From positions 1-30,979 of the IMG/VR virus record IMGVR_UViG_3300037424_000154: a stretch of DNA of 30,979 bases; one strand, written 5' to 3'. The notes beneath the pieces were generated by a model that saw only the letters and a list, made by a program, of their open reading frames with translations, made no database searches and was not told the origin of the DNA. The DNA comes from a virus (Duplodnaviria; Caudoviricetes). A program made the position numbers and the translations under genes. Each line of letters begins with the position of its first letter. Positions within the stretch are counted from its first letter, which is position 1. This document shows positions 17,169 through 26,535 of the stretch, piece after piece.

Positions 17169-17621
17169 TTATGCCTCGAACAGGGTTTCGGGATCGATCG
17201 CCAGGGTTACGGTGGTAGAGCTAACCGCGCCTGATGCAATCGCGCCAATGCCCGCTTTCATGACCTTGCCTGTGAAGTTGGCAACATCGCCAGACGGAAG
17301 CGTTACCTCAAAGGCGTAGCTTGCAGAGGACGCCAGCGCAGTCTGCAATAGCGCCTGGCCAGTGTCGGAAGATACGCGGCCAAGAGTCAGCGGCACGTCA
17401 GGGATGTCGTAGGTATCCTTGAGTTTCTGCGGATATGCGCGGGTAACGGCTTGATGTGTTACTGCCGCCCATGTCTTTGCAATCTCGCCAACATCAACGA
17501 TTTCGCCGATGCCAGTGAACGTAAGTGACGCGTAACCAGTGGTCGCGTTATCGTCATAGGTGGTCGGCAGCGTGGCCGACATGCCTACAGTGGTTCCGGT
17601 GTTAATAGTCACATCAACCAT
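17169..17621 (-). CDS. Major tail tube protein
   Basis: 150 aa, synteny, IGEIVDVGE and DTGQALL motifs. Confidence 0.85.
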   Translation of the reverse strand: MVDVTINTGTTVGMSATLPTTYDDNATTGYASLTFTGIGEIVDVGEIAKTWAAVTHQAVTRAYPQKLKDTYDIPDVPLTLGRVSSDTGQALLQTALASSASYAFEVTLPSGDVANFTGKVMKAGIGAIASGAVSSTTVTLAIDPETLFEA

Positions 17622-17635
17622 TTTTCAACCCTCTC

Positions 17636-18076
17636 TTATCGTGGAACAAATGCGCGGTATGAAATCCGCACAACTATTTGATAAAAACCACCTTCAATCC
17701 TGCCGCCATCTCGGCGTTTTGATTCAATGTTAATAGTTTGCCCGTTGTATTCAATCGGAGTTCCTGGCACGAATAACGCGAGCACATCTTCAGCTTTTGA
17801 CTTAATCGTGTACGCTCCAATGTCAGCCGGATATTTCAGTATGATTTGGAAGAACCCAACCTCTGCATCGCTATGGTTCAGGCTGTACGGCACACGGTCA
17901 GCAGGGAAGTTCCTTATCTCGCAATGCTCACGGTTCGCATCAGGCGTATAAACCCCGGCTGTGTGCGCGTATGCCGTTCCGCTCCATGTTGAGTACAGTC
18001 CGTTTTCGTGAACGATGTCGATACCAAGCCCGCCATCTAGGATGGTTGATATAAATGCTTGGTCGATGGCGCTCAT
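17636..18076 (-). CDS. Tail terminator-like protein
   Basis: Synteny; GFFQIILKYP..IG motif. Confidence 0.75.
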   Translation of the reverse strand: MSAIDQAFISTILDGGLGIDIVHENGLYSTWSGTAYAHTAGVYTPDANREHCEIRNFPADRVPYSLNHSDAEVGFFQIILKYPADIGAYTIKSKAEDVLALFVPGTPIEYNGQTINIESKRRDGGRIEGGFYQIVVRISYRAFVPR

Positions 18077-18279
18077 TTATGCGCCCCACGCATGCTGCCC
18101 ATCCAATTAACCCGACGATAACTGCTAGCAAATAGAAAGCGCCTCTCAGGACTGCTTGCGGTGCCATTGCCGAGACTTGTGACAGAGCTGTATTCAACGG
18201 GAAATTTCGCCGTGCCAAGGTCGCTGGCAGAGGTTTGTGTTGCGCTTACTTTAGTCAGGATAGAAGTTGTCAATGCCAT
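18073..18279 (-). CDS. Short, possibly truncated structural-type ORF
   Basis: GAGGT RBS; the Ser/Thr-rich first ~44 aa change abruptly to a basic/aromatic tail. Confidence 0.5.
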   Translation of the reverse strand: MALTTSILTKVSATQTSASDLGTAKFPVEYSSVTSLGNGTASSPERRFLFASSYRRVNWMGSMRGAHK

Positions 18280-18284
18280 TTCAG

Positions 18285-18692
18285 TTACCTCAGTTTATCG
18301 GCCATCAGTTTAATACCTGCTTTCACTCGCTCAACGTTACGCTGAACCATTCCGTCTTTCTCTTCGTACACTGCTGCGTATGGCAGGTTATTGACGAAGT
18401 AGGTAAGCCCGTCTTCTGTTGATTTTGCGTTTACCTCAGATGTAACGGCAGCGCCTGACGGGTCTGTTCTTTCCAGCTCGCCAGATGCCTGAGTGTTTTC
18501 CTGTATTTGCCAATTACCCCTTAGCCTGCCTCCAACATATCCCGGTACAGGATTCTTCCATGTTGACGGGTCTGCAACTCGTGTATCACTCACAATGCCT
18601 GAGAATGCCTCAATCTTAATGGCCTTCGCTAGTTCGCCAAGGTCGTGCCCGCCTTTCGTGCATAGCTTTTGCAGGTCATCGGTCCAGCTCAT
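18285..18692 (-). CDS. HK97 gp10-like tail completion protein
   Basis: GYVGGRLRGNWQ and NNLPYA motifs. Confidence 0.85.
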   Translation of the reverse strand: MSWTDDLQKLCTKGGHDLGELAKAIKIEAFSGIVSDTRVADPSTWKNPVPGYVGGRLRGNWQIQENTQASGELERTDPSGAAVTSEVNAKSTEDGLTYFVNNLPYAAVYEEKDGMVQRNVERVKAGIKLMADKLR

Positions 18693-19042
18693 CGCCTGAC
18701 CTGGCAGAAGTAGCAAACATCAGTTCCGGCCGGCGATACTGTTTTAATGTCTATGATTGCCCATTCTTCACCGCCGATAACCGGCTTGTCAGACGGCAGC
18801 GGAACTTGCTCATTACTCAACACCAATTCGCGGTCGCTGGCAAGGATGCGTGTTCCATCAATCATCTTTGCCGAGTACTGCTTAATGAGTCCCGTGGTGA
18901 TTACGCTAGCATCAGTTCCGGCAGTAGCGACTCCCGTTACGGGATCGATGCTACCGCCCGTTTCGCGTGATAATGTGACCGACTGCCCGAACTCAGTAAG
19001 CAGCTCAAGAGCTGTTGCGGCCATGTCATCGTAAAAGCTCAC
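18689..19042 (-). CDS. Head closure / head-tail joining protein
   Basis: MSFYDDMAATA.ELL.EFGQ, IDGTRIL..D; synteny. Confidence 0.8.
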   Translation of the reverse strand: MSFYDDMAATALELLTEFGQSVTLSRETGGSIDPVTGVATAGTDASVITTGLIKQYSAKMIDGTRILASDRELVLSNEQVPLPSDKPVIGGEEWAIIDIKTVSPAGTDVCYFCQVRR

Positions 19043-19551
19043 GCGCGCACCAACTGGATAACTGACATGCCATTAGCGTTTAGCAGAGAGGCTAATAGAG
19101 CCTCGCCTGTGCTTGTTCTGCCGAGTTTCTGCGGCGATGTGTCGCTCACTGCATAGCTGACCGATACAGCGCCTTCGACTCGCTTGGATTTTGCAATCAA
19201 TCCGGGATTCTGAGGCGGGTTGTAAATATCAACCCCGGATTTCAGGTCCAGCGCATAGGCCATCTGGCATAGTTTCACCTGCCGCGGGATTTCGGTGGGC
19301 AGCCAGTACCAATCCTCAATATACAAATCTCCACGAGGGAAGCTCAGCGGCTGGTCACGCTCTACGCGCCACCCTTTCAGATTAGCTTCATGGTCATCAA
19401 TGAACGCGGCAGCCTTCACCAGATACACATCTGTCGCATCTTCATCGGCGACGGTAACGCCGCGTGCCAGCGCGTAAGCGATGAACTCAGCACGGGTAAC
19501 CCAGCTGTCAGCGCCTGTTACAATGCTGCCATCCTCGATTATTAGCGCCAT
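19039..19551 (-). CDS. Head-tail adaptor (often annotated as DnaT-like)
   Basis: MALIIEDGSIVTGADSWV, QPLSFPR, VEGAVSVSY. Confidence 0.85.
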   Translation of the reverse strand: MALIIEDGSIVTGADSWVTRAEFIAYALARGVTVADEDATDVYLVKAAAFIDDHEANLKGWRVERDQPLSFPRGDLYIEDWYWLPTEIPRQVKLCQMAYALDLKSGVDIYNPPQNPGLIAKSKRVEGAVSVSYAVSDTSPQKLGRTSTGEALLASLLNANGMSVIQLVRA

Positions 19552-19553
19552 TC

Positions 19554-20042
19554 CTAAATCTCGTCCTCGTAAAAATGCATGTCAGCAGATATTGATATTT
19601 CCTGCCCAGATTGATTTGTGAGACGAATCGCATAAACAGATCCTGGCGCTAGATCCCACTCCCCGCGAATAACGCCTTCCTTCGCTTCCGAGTTAATTCC
19701 GGCAGATGATCCGTACATAACCTTCGAGAAAAGAACAGTTCCGCCTGTAACGGTCGCTCCCTGGTATACCTTCATTCTTGCGCTGTTCGACGAATCCCTG
19801 CGCCGGTTATACACTTCGGCCAACGTTCCCTGAACGGGAACCGTTGGATTTTCGATAAATTCAATCAGTATTGGCCCCGCATCCGCATCGAGCGCCATGT
19901 CATGGAAATGAACGTTTATCCCGTCTGGATACCCTACAAATGTTGGTGTTCCTGCGATTGCAACTGTTAGCACCGGAGATAGCGAAAACCCCTTGCCCTC
20001 GTGTATGAGGGTCATAATCTCCGATGCAGAGCCAATTGGCAC
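19554..20042 (-). CDS. Hypothetical protein in the head module
   Basis: 162 aa, GTG start, beta-rich, fills the operon gap. Confidence 0.7.
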   Translation of the reverse strand: MPIGSASEIMTLIHEGKGFSLSPVLTVAIAGTPTFVGYPDGINVHFHDMALDADAGPILIEFIENPTVPVQGTLAEVYNRRRDSSNSARMKVYQGATVTGGTVLFSKVMYGSSAGINSEAKEGVIRGEWDLAPGSVYAIRLTNQSGQEISISADMHFYEDEI

Positions 20043-20044
20043 GG

Positions 20045-20215
20045 CTACTCGCCTGCGCCCTCGGCATCTTGCGCGCGGGCCTTCTTTTGCCGCCCGCGCC
20101 GCTTCTGTTCGCCATCTTCATACAGCTCGTGGTTACCGCTGTCGAACTCAGATTCTTCGATCACAACGAAATCACCCTGCGACGGGTGGGACGGTTTGAT
20201 TTTAATGGTAGTCAT
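20045..20215 (-). CDS. 56-aa post-capsid protein (MTTIKIKPSHPSQGDFVVI...)
   Basis: GGAGGT RBS; read from the sequence, below the ORF-track cut-off. Confidence 0.75.
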   Translation of the reverse strand: MTTIKIKPSHPSQGDFVVIEESEFDSGNHELYEDGEQKRRGRQKKARAQDAEGAGE

Positions 20216-20241
20216 GATCACCTCCAGGCAATACCATCAAG

Positions 20242-20266
20242 ACTGCCCACTCAAAGAATGGGCAGC
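20242..20266 (-). terminator. Hairpin after the capsid gene
   Basis: GCTGCCCA-9 nt-TGGGCAGT followed by CTT; weak U-tract. Confidence 0.55.
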
Positions 20267-20275
20267 GGCGAGGCG

Positions 20276-21442
20276 CTAGCCAAGCAGAATGGCGGTGTGT
20301 TCCGGCTTGATGTTCTTCACGCCCCATGCCAAGGCTACTTCATATCGCACTTTGCGATAGCCCTTGTACATTGAGAATTCGAACGTCAGACCGGAGCGCG
20401 GGTCAGTGACCATCATCACATCTTCCGCCATGTCGCCTTCTTCCGGGCGGGCCGGAGCGCGGGCAGCCAGCACGATAGCAGAGCGATTGAACGCCATGTT
20501 GCGGGCAGAGTTTGCTACTACAGTGATAGCGTAAGCGGCGGATGCCTGAGCCTTACGAATGCCCGGAGCGCCAATGGTGATGGTGTCGCCGGAAGCGGGG
20601 TTAGCACCAGCGAACGACACGGAGGCGACAACGTACTTGTTGGTATCGTTGGCGATGGTGATGATGTCGCCAGCGGCCACAACGCCAGTGCCAGCGGTTG
20701 CCAGAGGAATGACGGTCTGGCCGACAGTCAAAGCAGCAGCAGTGGTGGTAGCCGATGCCATCGCGCTCTTGGTGAAATCCACTACCTGGGCAGACTGGCG
20801 AAGATCGAGACCAGCCAGCGGGAGCAGGATGCCCTGACGCTGGATGGAGTCGGTGCCGGCCACGTTAGCAGCGGCCTGTTTGCCGATCAGGGTAGCACCT
20901 GCGGAGGTGTTCATGATCAGGTGGTTGTCGAACTCAGGGGCGCCGTTATCCAGGAGGATCTTCTTGGTGAACGAGGCGTCGGTGAAGTCGGCAGCCGTAG
21001 CAAACGGCGTGGTGCCGGCAGTGCCATAGGCGCGGGAGGTGGTTTTATGCAGGGCGGCAAGATCGGCCTCAACATCATTCACCAGACGACGGATACGCTG
21101 GGCGATTTTGTTTGCGCGGACATTGCCATAACCGGGACCGGTGTTCAGGCCCTGAATGTCTTCGCCGATGAAACCGAACTCGTATGCCTTGGCATTGCTG
21201 ATGGTGATGTCAGTGTAGCCGGAGGTCTCGCCGGTCGGTTCAGGAACGGTCATTGCCGGGGTGATGGTGGAGCCAGCGCCAGAGGCGGGTTCAACGTCAA
21301 CGCGGATGGTTTGGTTCAGCGCGGCACGCTGGGAAGATGCGCTCATGGTCACTGCCGAGATGAAGCCGGTCAGCTCACGAGAGACGACATCAAGCGCCTC
21401 GTAGATGTCGGGCACAAGCCCGGTGATGGTGTTCTCAGCCAT
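20276..21442 (-). CDS. Major capsid protein (P22 gp5-like)
   Basis: LVPDIYEALDVVSRELTGFI, DPRSGLTFE, YEVALAWGVK; strongly biased codon usage. Confidence 0.92.
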   Translation of the reverse strand: MAENTITGLVPDIYEALDVVSRELTGFISAVTMSASSQRAALNQTIRVDVEPASGAGSTITPAMTVPEPTGETSGYTDITISNAKAYEFGFIGEDIQGLNTGPGYGNVRANKIAQRIRRLVNDVEADLAALHKTTSRAYGTAGTTPFATAADFTDASFTKKILLDNGAPEFDNHLIMNTSAGATLIGKQAAANVAGTDSIQRQGILLPLAGLDLRQSAQVVDFTKSAMASATTTAAALTVGQTVIPLATAGTGVVAAGDIITIANDTNKYVVASVSFAGANPASGDTITIGAPGIRKAQASAAYAITVVANSARNMAFNRSAIVLAARAPARPEEGDMAEDVMMVTDPRSGLTFEFSMYKGYRKVRYEVALAWGVKNIKPEHTAILLG

Positions 21443-21443
21443 T

Positions 21444-21561
21444 TGTTAGCCCTCTAAGTGGTCGATTTAGGGGCCAACATGAAAAAGCCGCGCCCCTGTT
21501 GATACATTTGGGCGCGGCCCTGAGTCATTGCCGCCGCTGGCAGGTCTGAGTCGATACCTGC
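21444..21561 (-). promoter_or_regulatory. Structured capsid leader (terminator plus RBS-sequestering hairpin)
   Basis: GCCGCGCCC/GGGCGCGGC + T5 (21518-21482); stem 21479-21467/21457-21444 covers the GAGGG RBS. Confidence 0.7.
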
Positions 21562-21562
21562 G

Positions 21563-21590
21563 ATATTAGCGTGTTTTTGGTGCGTGTCAA
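21563..21590 (-). promoter_or_regulatory. Sigma70-type promoter upstream of the capsid gene
   Basis: TTGACA-16 bp-TAATAT. Confidence 0.65.
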
Positions 21591-22232
21591 CTAGTCCGCG
21601 ACTTTGCCGCCTTCCTTGATGTATTTCATTTGATCCGCGGGCGGCATCTTATCGAAAGCTGCGCGCTGCATGGTCTTTGCGCCTGCGTCGCCTTTGCCGC
21701 CGGGAGATCCTGCGCCATTCGCCATGCTGCCGATAATGAGCGGCGCGAACGCCTTATCTTCCATGATTTCCTTTTTCAGGTCATCGACCGACATGGCGGA
21801 CGGCTTGCCGGCCTTGTCCAGCACGCGAACAACCGCGCCATCTGCGGTGATTTCCGTTTTCAGGCGTCGCTCAATGTGCGGCATGAGTACATCGGCGCTT
21901 CCAGGGATCGATATCTCTGCGGAAAGTTTGCTAGCTGCCTGCCCAGCCGTCATCTGGCTGATGGTGACCTGATACGACTGCAACTTATCGTCGCGCTCCT
22001 TAATAGCGGCATCCATCTTTTGCTGCCATGATTTCTCCAGCGCCTCAATGTCGCCGGACTTCCTGGCCGCCTCCTCGGCAGCCTTCTGCGCTGCGCTCTT
22101 GGCCTCGCCCTTTTCCGCGATGAGTTCGCGGTTCTTTTCCTCCAGCTTGCGAATGGATTCCTGTAGCGCGGCGAGCTGCGCCGGGCCGATGGATTTCTGC
22201 TCTTGCTGCTGTTCCTGGTTCTCTTCCGACAT
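21591..22232 (-). CDS. Capsid scaffolding protein
   Basis: Coiled-coil, GDIEALEKSW, directly before the capsid gene. Confidence 0.85.
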   Translation of the reverse strand: MSEENQEQQQEQKSIGPAQLAALQESIRKLEEKNRELIAEKGEAKSAAQKAAEEAARKSGDIEALEKSWQQKMDAAIKERDDKLQSYQVTISQMTAGQAASKLSAEISIPGSADVLMPHIERRLKTEITADGAVVRVLDKAGKPSAMSVDDLKKEIMEDKAFAPLIIGSMANGAGSPGGKGDAGAKTMQRAAFDKMPPADQMKYIKEGGKVAD

Positions 22233-22246
22233 GTGCGTCTCCTTGG

Positions 22247-23365
22247 TTAAAGTCCTGCTTTCATAAAAGCGGTTGGCTCCATCTCGCGCATCTGCTGGAG
22301 TGGCGTTATTAGTTTCCCGTCTCTTTCAATCGTTTTCAAAGGTTGAAAGTTCTTACCCATCTGTAATTCTGCAAAACGCTGAGAGCTGATGCCGCCATTG
22401 CGCAATAGTTTACCTCTTGTTGGGCCAATTATACTATTTTGGACATCTGCTGGCTGTGTTTTAAGCCAGCTGTAATATGCTTGGTCTGCACTAACCTTTC
22501 CTACTTTGCCGGTCTCAGGGTCACGCTCTGATCGGGTGCGACCACGGCTTAGCTCTTTGTATTTGTCGTCCAATACTGCGACCTCTCCAGTTCTACAGTT
22601 CGGGTGGAACGGAGGGACAGGCCCTTTATCAAGCGGGAACTCTTGGCCGTCAAGCGATCTGCAAATCGCGCTCGTTACGCTGTCGAGCGTTGCGACTATT
22701 TTCCGGCGCTTAATCACCGAATCATTCGCCTTCCACACCTCACCACGCGCCTGCTGCGCCGCGTGTTGTAGCGCAGTCCTGGCCACCGTCTCGGCATTGC
22801 GTTTGGTAATGGCCAGCACGCCGTCAGAGTAGCCTGATGCCTTCGTGCCGCGAATCCTGCGTACAATGTCCCCGGTGGTCTCGCCCTGCGCGTAGCCCAT
22901 CCTGATAGCGCCCTGTACGCGCTTAATCTCGGTTGCCGTCATATCATCAAGCCACGGCTCCAGCAGCGAGCCGCCAGCAGAGCCACCAATATCACCAAGC
23001 GGTGTATTGAATACGGCTGCGGTAATTTGGCTATCAGAAGGCATGGCGAAGTTCACGCCATCAACCACTTGCCCCAATGAACGAATCTCGAAACCAGCTT
23101 CATATTCTGCGGCGCTTAGGATTGATTCACGCCATACCGCCTTGTATTCCTTGAACGATCTGCGAATCAGGGTATCAATCTGCACAAGCTGGCGTTCAAG
23201 GCGTGAGCGGGTGAAGTCTGTAATATCTACGCTGGTCAGTTTATTTCTGATGTCCTTTTCCATCTGGACGAGGAAAACGTCGAACTTCTTGACCTCGGCA
23301 GATTTCAGGCGCTCGTAATGGCTCTGGTGCCGTGTACTTATGGTTATAAGCGCTTGCTCAGGCAT
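22247..23365 (-). CDS. Minor head protein (SPP1 gp7 / Mu F-like)
   Basis: ATLDSVTSAICRSLDG, PPFHPNCR. Confidence 0.92.
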   Translation of the reverse strand: MPEQALITISTRHQSHYERLKSAEVKKFDVFLVQMEKDIRNKLTSVDITDFTRSRLERQLVQIDTLIRRSFKEYKAVWRESILSAAEYEAGFEIRSLGQVVDGVNFAMPSDSQITAAVFNTPLGDIGGSAGGSLLEPWLDDMTATEIKRVQGAIRMGYAQGETTGDIVRRIRGTKASGYSDGVLAITKRNAETVARTALQHAAQQARGEVWKANDSVIKRRKIVATLDSVTSAICRSLDGQEFPLDKGPVPPFHPNCRTGEVAVLDDKYKELSRGRTRSERDPETGKVGKVSADQAYYSWLKTQPADVQNSIIGPTRGKLLRNGGISSQRFAELQMGKNFQPLKTIERDGKLITPLQQMREMEPTAFMKAGL

Positions 23366-23531
23366 TCTTAGGCGGCTCGTCTGTTACAAACAATGTTTCG
23401 TTCAATCTCCCGCATGAACCACACTCAAGCCGCATCGATTCCAGCACGTAGAATCGCTGATGCCCGCACGCGCACTCCCACACAGGATCAAAGCGGCGCG
23501 GCTTGAATTCTAGGATGTTTTTGTCAGTCAC
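23358..23531 (-). CDS. 57-aa zinc-ribbon-like protein
   Basis: GTG start; WECACG...LECGSCG; overlaps both neighbours by 8 nt; not in the ORF track. Confidence 0.7.
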   Translation of the reverse strand: MTDKNILEFKPRRFDPVWECACGHQRFYVLESMRLECGSCGRLNETLFVTDEPPKNA

Positions 23532-24933
23532 TTACGGCAGCACCCTCAAAGTCAGGCATATCAACCTTGCCAATTTCCTCCTGGAATTCTTCTAGCGTTT
23601 TCTCGCTGTCGGTCAAATCAACTTTCTTGAGCCAGCGGAAATAGTCCCCAACAGGAATTGCGCCTTGGATGAACCCTGCCACCATGGCTTGAATATCCTG
23701 CGCGGTAGCAGTAGGCGACACAAAATCCATCGACGTTTGCACTGATGCCTCGCCAGTCGCGCCCATGTATTGCATAGCCCATTGCAGCGCCCGAGTATAT
23801 GCCTCGCTGATATTGGCACTTACCATTGCAAGACCGCTGTATTTGCTGCGACTGTCTCCTGCCGCTTCCGTTGCTGTCTTCACTTGGCCGCTGTCACGGA
23901 TGAAACGCGCGCCCATGCCAATCATCATTTCAAGTTTGTCGTTCATCGCTTCTTTGACCATGCTATTTGGCGGAGCTGAGGCAAACCCGAATGTTTCGCC
24001 TGATGGAACGGCCATCATGGTTCGAGAGCCGACATACATGTTGTTTTTCTTCATCAGGTCGATGTGAGACTGAGACAGGCCGCTCGCCCACGGCTGGGCC
24101 TGGCCGACATACCACACGGAGTCCTCATAGTCTGCTGAGTTCCGGTAGTGCGCCTTGTTGACCTCGCACAGTGGATACATTGGCGATCCATCTACATGCG
24201 TAGAATTAGATTGTGAACCGATGAAGGTGAACGGGATCTCCTTCCATGTCTGGCCGCGTGAATCGGTAGGCATGTGCCCGGAGTGAATCGCCCATTCGCC
24301 ATCACGCGCCTTTCGCCATTCGCGCACAATGAAAACGCCGCCTTCTAGCGCCAGCTCGCGTAGTTGCCTGACCTCTTTGACCGTATAGCCGTCATCCTCG
24401 ACTTCTTCCACCGTCTCTGCAATGACCACCAGGGATAACACGACCTTAGCGCCGACCTTTGATGTGCGCCAGTTAATCACCTGCTCGGCGTCAATCTCGT
24501 GGATAGTGGCGACATAGCCGCCCTGCTCCATCTGAGCCTTTGAGACGGCGCCCTCTGTCTTTGGGTACGATACGAACAGTCCGCCACGGCCGGTGCTCAA
24601 CACGTCTCCTGATGCGTCCTGCATCTGCTGATAGATGGATACGCCAGAGCCATCAACATCATTCAGCATGTACTCAAGTGGTTTTGGGAGCGTGATTTGC
24701 GGGTCTTTGGCGAACATCAGGCCAACTAGCCCATTGAGCGTATGACCGGCGACAGGGTAGAAAACAGCCCGTTCCCGGTATTGCTCATTTCTGATTCGGT
24801 TGGATGCTGATTTGTCGCTGGGATTCAGCGGGAGGAGGCATTGCTCGACGTTCTTCGAGCTGCAAATATCGTCACATAGTTTCCAGCGGTCGATATTCGA
24901 CTTATACTCTGGATGCTGAAAATCAATAGCCAT
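23524..24933 (-). CDS. Portal protein (DUF4055-type)
   Basis: 469 aa after terL; QHPEY, IINW-like, HYRNSADYE, KTATEA motifs. Confidence 0.92.
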   Translation of the reverse strand: MAIDFQHPEYKSNIDRWKLCDDICSSKNVEQCLLPLNPSDKSASNRIRNEQYRERAVFYPVAGHTLNGLVGLMFAKDPQITLPKPLEYMLNDVDGSGVSIYQQMQDASGDVLSTGRGGLFVSYPKTEGAVSKAQMEQGGYVATIHEIDAEQVINWRTSKVGAKVVLSLVVIAETVEEVEDDGYTVKEVRQLRELALEGGVFIVREWRKARDGEWAIHSGHMPTDSRGQTWKEIPFTFIGSQSNSTHVDGSPMYPLCEVNKAHYRNSADYEDSVWYVGQAQPWASGLSQSHIDLMKKNNMYVGSRTMMAVPSGETFGFASAPPNSMVKEAMNDKLEMMIGMGARFIRDSGQVKTATEAAGDSRSKYSGLAMVSANISEAYTRALQWAMQYMGATGEASVQTSMDFVSPTATAQDIQAMVAGFIQGAIPVGDYFRWLKKVDLTDSEKTLEEFQEEIGKVDMPDFEGAAVSD

Positions 24934-24986
24934 GGCCCGCCCCCGCGAATAATTACCGGAAGGCTAGCATAGTTTTATGGTCTTGG

Positions 24987-25013
24987 AAAGCCGCCAGTTT
25001 TGAGGCTGGCGGC
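24987..25013 (-). terminator. Intrinsic terminator-like hairpin
   Basis: GCCGCCAG-8 nt-CTGGCGGC-TTT. Confidence 0.65.
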
Positions 25014-25020
25014 CACGTAT

Positions 25021-25272
25021 TCACTTCTCGGCAATAGCCTGTTGCAGCACCACGATCAATTTCTCCACGTCGCCATTATCCATCATGACAAGGGTTTTGC
25101 TGATGCGGTTCTTATCAGCGGCATATACACCATAGGTCGGGTATTGCTTGCCGTTCGTCATTACCATGATGCTGCCGCTCAGACCGCGAACAGTGCCGAT
25201 GGTTTCGGTGGTGTCAGCATAGGCTGGGAGCAGCATGGATGCTGCCATGATTGCGAAGATAATGTATTTCAT
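25021..25272 (-). CDS. Exported small protein (moron-like)
   Basis: Signal peptide MKYIIFAIMAASMLLPAYA; GAGGA RBS. Confidence 0.8.
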   Translation of the reverse strand: MKYIIFAIMAASMLLPAYADTTETIGTVRGLSGSIMVMTNGKQYPTYGVYAADKNRISKTLVMMDNGDVEKLIVVLQQAIAEK

Positions 25273-25296
25273 TATTGTGTCCTCTCTGTTGTTAAG

Positions 25297-26535
25297 TCAG
25301 TTCGCGCTTTCGATGCCGGTGAATATCATGTCCCGGTTGATGGCGTATCTCTGGTGGATCATGTAGCCAAGGCTGTCTACAAAATCATCCAATGAAGGAT
25401 GATCGTTGTATTTCTCCGGCTCGCCTTTGTCTGTGTAGCCCTGCGACTCAAGCGCAAAGGTGAGCTGCGGGCATTTGTCGGTGTTGACCAGCAGCCTGTT
25501 GTGGGCCAGCAGGCCATTGACTGAGTTAATCCTGTCCCTGATTGCCGGGTTAGCTTTCGGCGCGTCAACCATCAGCCCGGCCCGCTCTATCATGGCAATG
25601 TCTGATTCGCTGGCATTCGTCCTGCCCGCCCTGCCGCTTGCATCTGGGTAGATAATGCAGCGCTTGCCCGGGTAACGGGAATGGACGTTATTTATCACGT
25701 CTGCCGTATCGTGAGATACGAACTCATCCACCGCCACAGGTTGGCCGGCATCAATCGCAAACACCACCGCGCAACAGCCGCCGATGTTGAAGTCTAAACC
25801 GATGTGCAGAACGGTATCCTGATCGGTGATAACCCTCGGCGTGTGGTGCTTTTGCCGGTCAAAAAAATGATAGACCTTGTTTTGCGTGAGTGATACAAAC
25901 TCGCCGTTGATATACATCTCGGCGAGGATTGGATCGTAGTTGCTGCGGATTTGCTCAACATAGCCAGCAGGGAGGAACGGGTTGTCTGTGGTTTTTGCTT
26001 TGATGGTGTCGTGATGCGGGCTGTCATTTGTCACAACGTGCTGATACGCGAACCCGCTGAACCCCTGATCGGGCGTGGTAATCAACGCAATGGAATTGTC
26101 GCCATTTGTCTTTTGCCGGGTGCGCTCGGTGATTTTCCGCCACACTAATTTCGCCTGGTCGCGCTTAATCGTATCAATCTCATCGACAATGGAGTGGGCC
26201 ACCTCGAACGAAACAATCCGTTCTGGGCGGTCATAGCTGCGAAAGATAATAAATCCAAGGCTAGGAACATCGATGCGGAAATCAGATTTGTTTACCCTGT
26301 AGTCAATCCCGCACATCTCTAAATCCTCCATCATGCCCGGCATAGCGCGGAGCTTGAGCAAATCGTACGTGGGCAGGAAGATACCGATATTGTCGCCGGG
26401 GTTCTGCGCCATTTTGATAAGCGCGCGGGCTGTCCCTGCTCTAGTTTTGCCGCTGCCCAACCCCGCGATGATTGAGGGGAATCTTGCGCTACTGAACGCG
26501 AACCGCTCTTGATATTCGAGAAGCGGCAGACTCAT
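25297..26535 (-). CDS. terL: Terminase large subunit
   Basis: AGLGSGKT, IVDEID, TTPDQG, IGLDFN, YPDASG, DDFVDSLGY. Confidence 0.97.
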   Translation of the reverse strand: MSLPLLEYQERFAFSSARFPSIIAGLGSGKTRAGTARALIKMAQNPGDNIGIFLPTYDLLKLRAMPGMMEDLEMCGIDYRVNKSDFRIDVPSLGFIIFRSYDRPERIVSFEVAHSIVDEIDTIKRDQAKLVWRKITERTRQKTNGDNSIALITTPDQGFSGFAYQHVVTNDSPHHDTIKAKTTDNPFLPAGYVEQIRSNYDPILAEMYINGEFVSLTQNKVYHFFDRQKHHTPRVITDQDTVLHIGLDFNIGGCCAVVFAIDAGQPVAVDEFVSHDTADVINNVHSRYPGKRCIIYPDASGRAGRTNASESDIAMIERAGLMVDAPKANPAIRDRINSVNGLLAHNRLLVNTDKCPQLTFALESQGYTDKGEPEKYNDHPSLDDFVDSLGYMIHQRYAINRDMIFTGIESAN

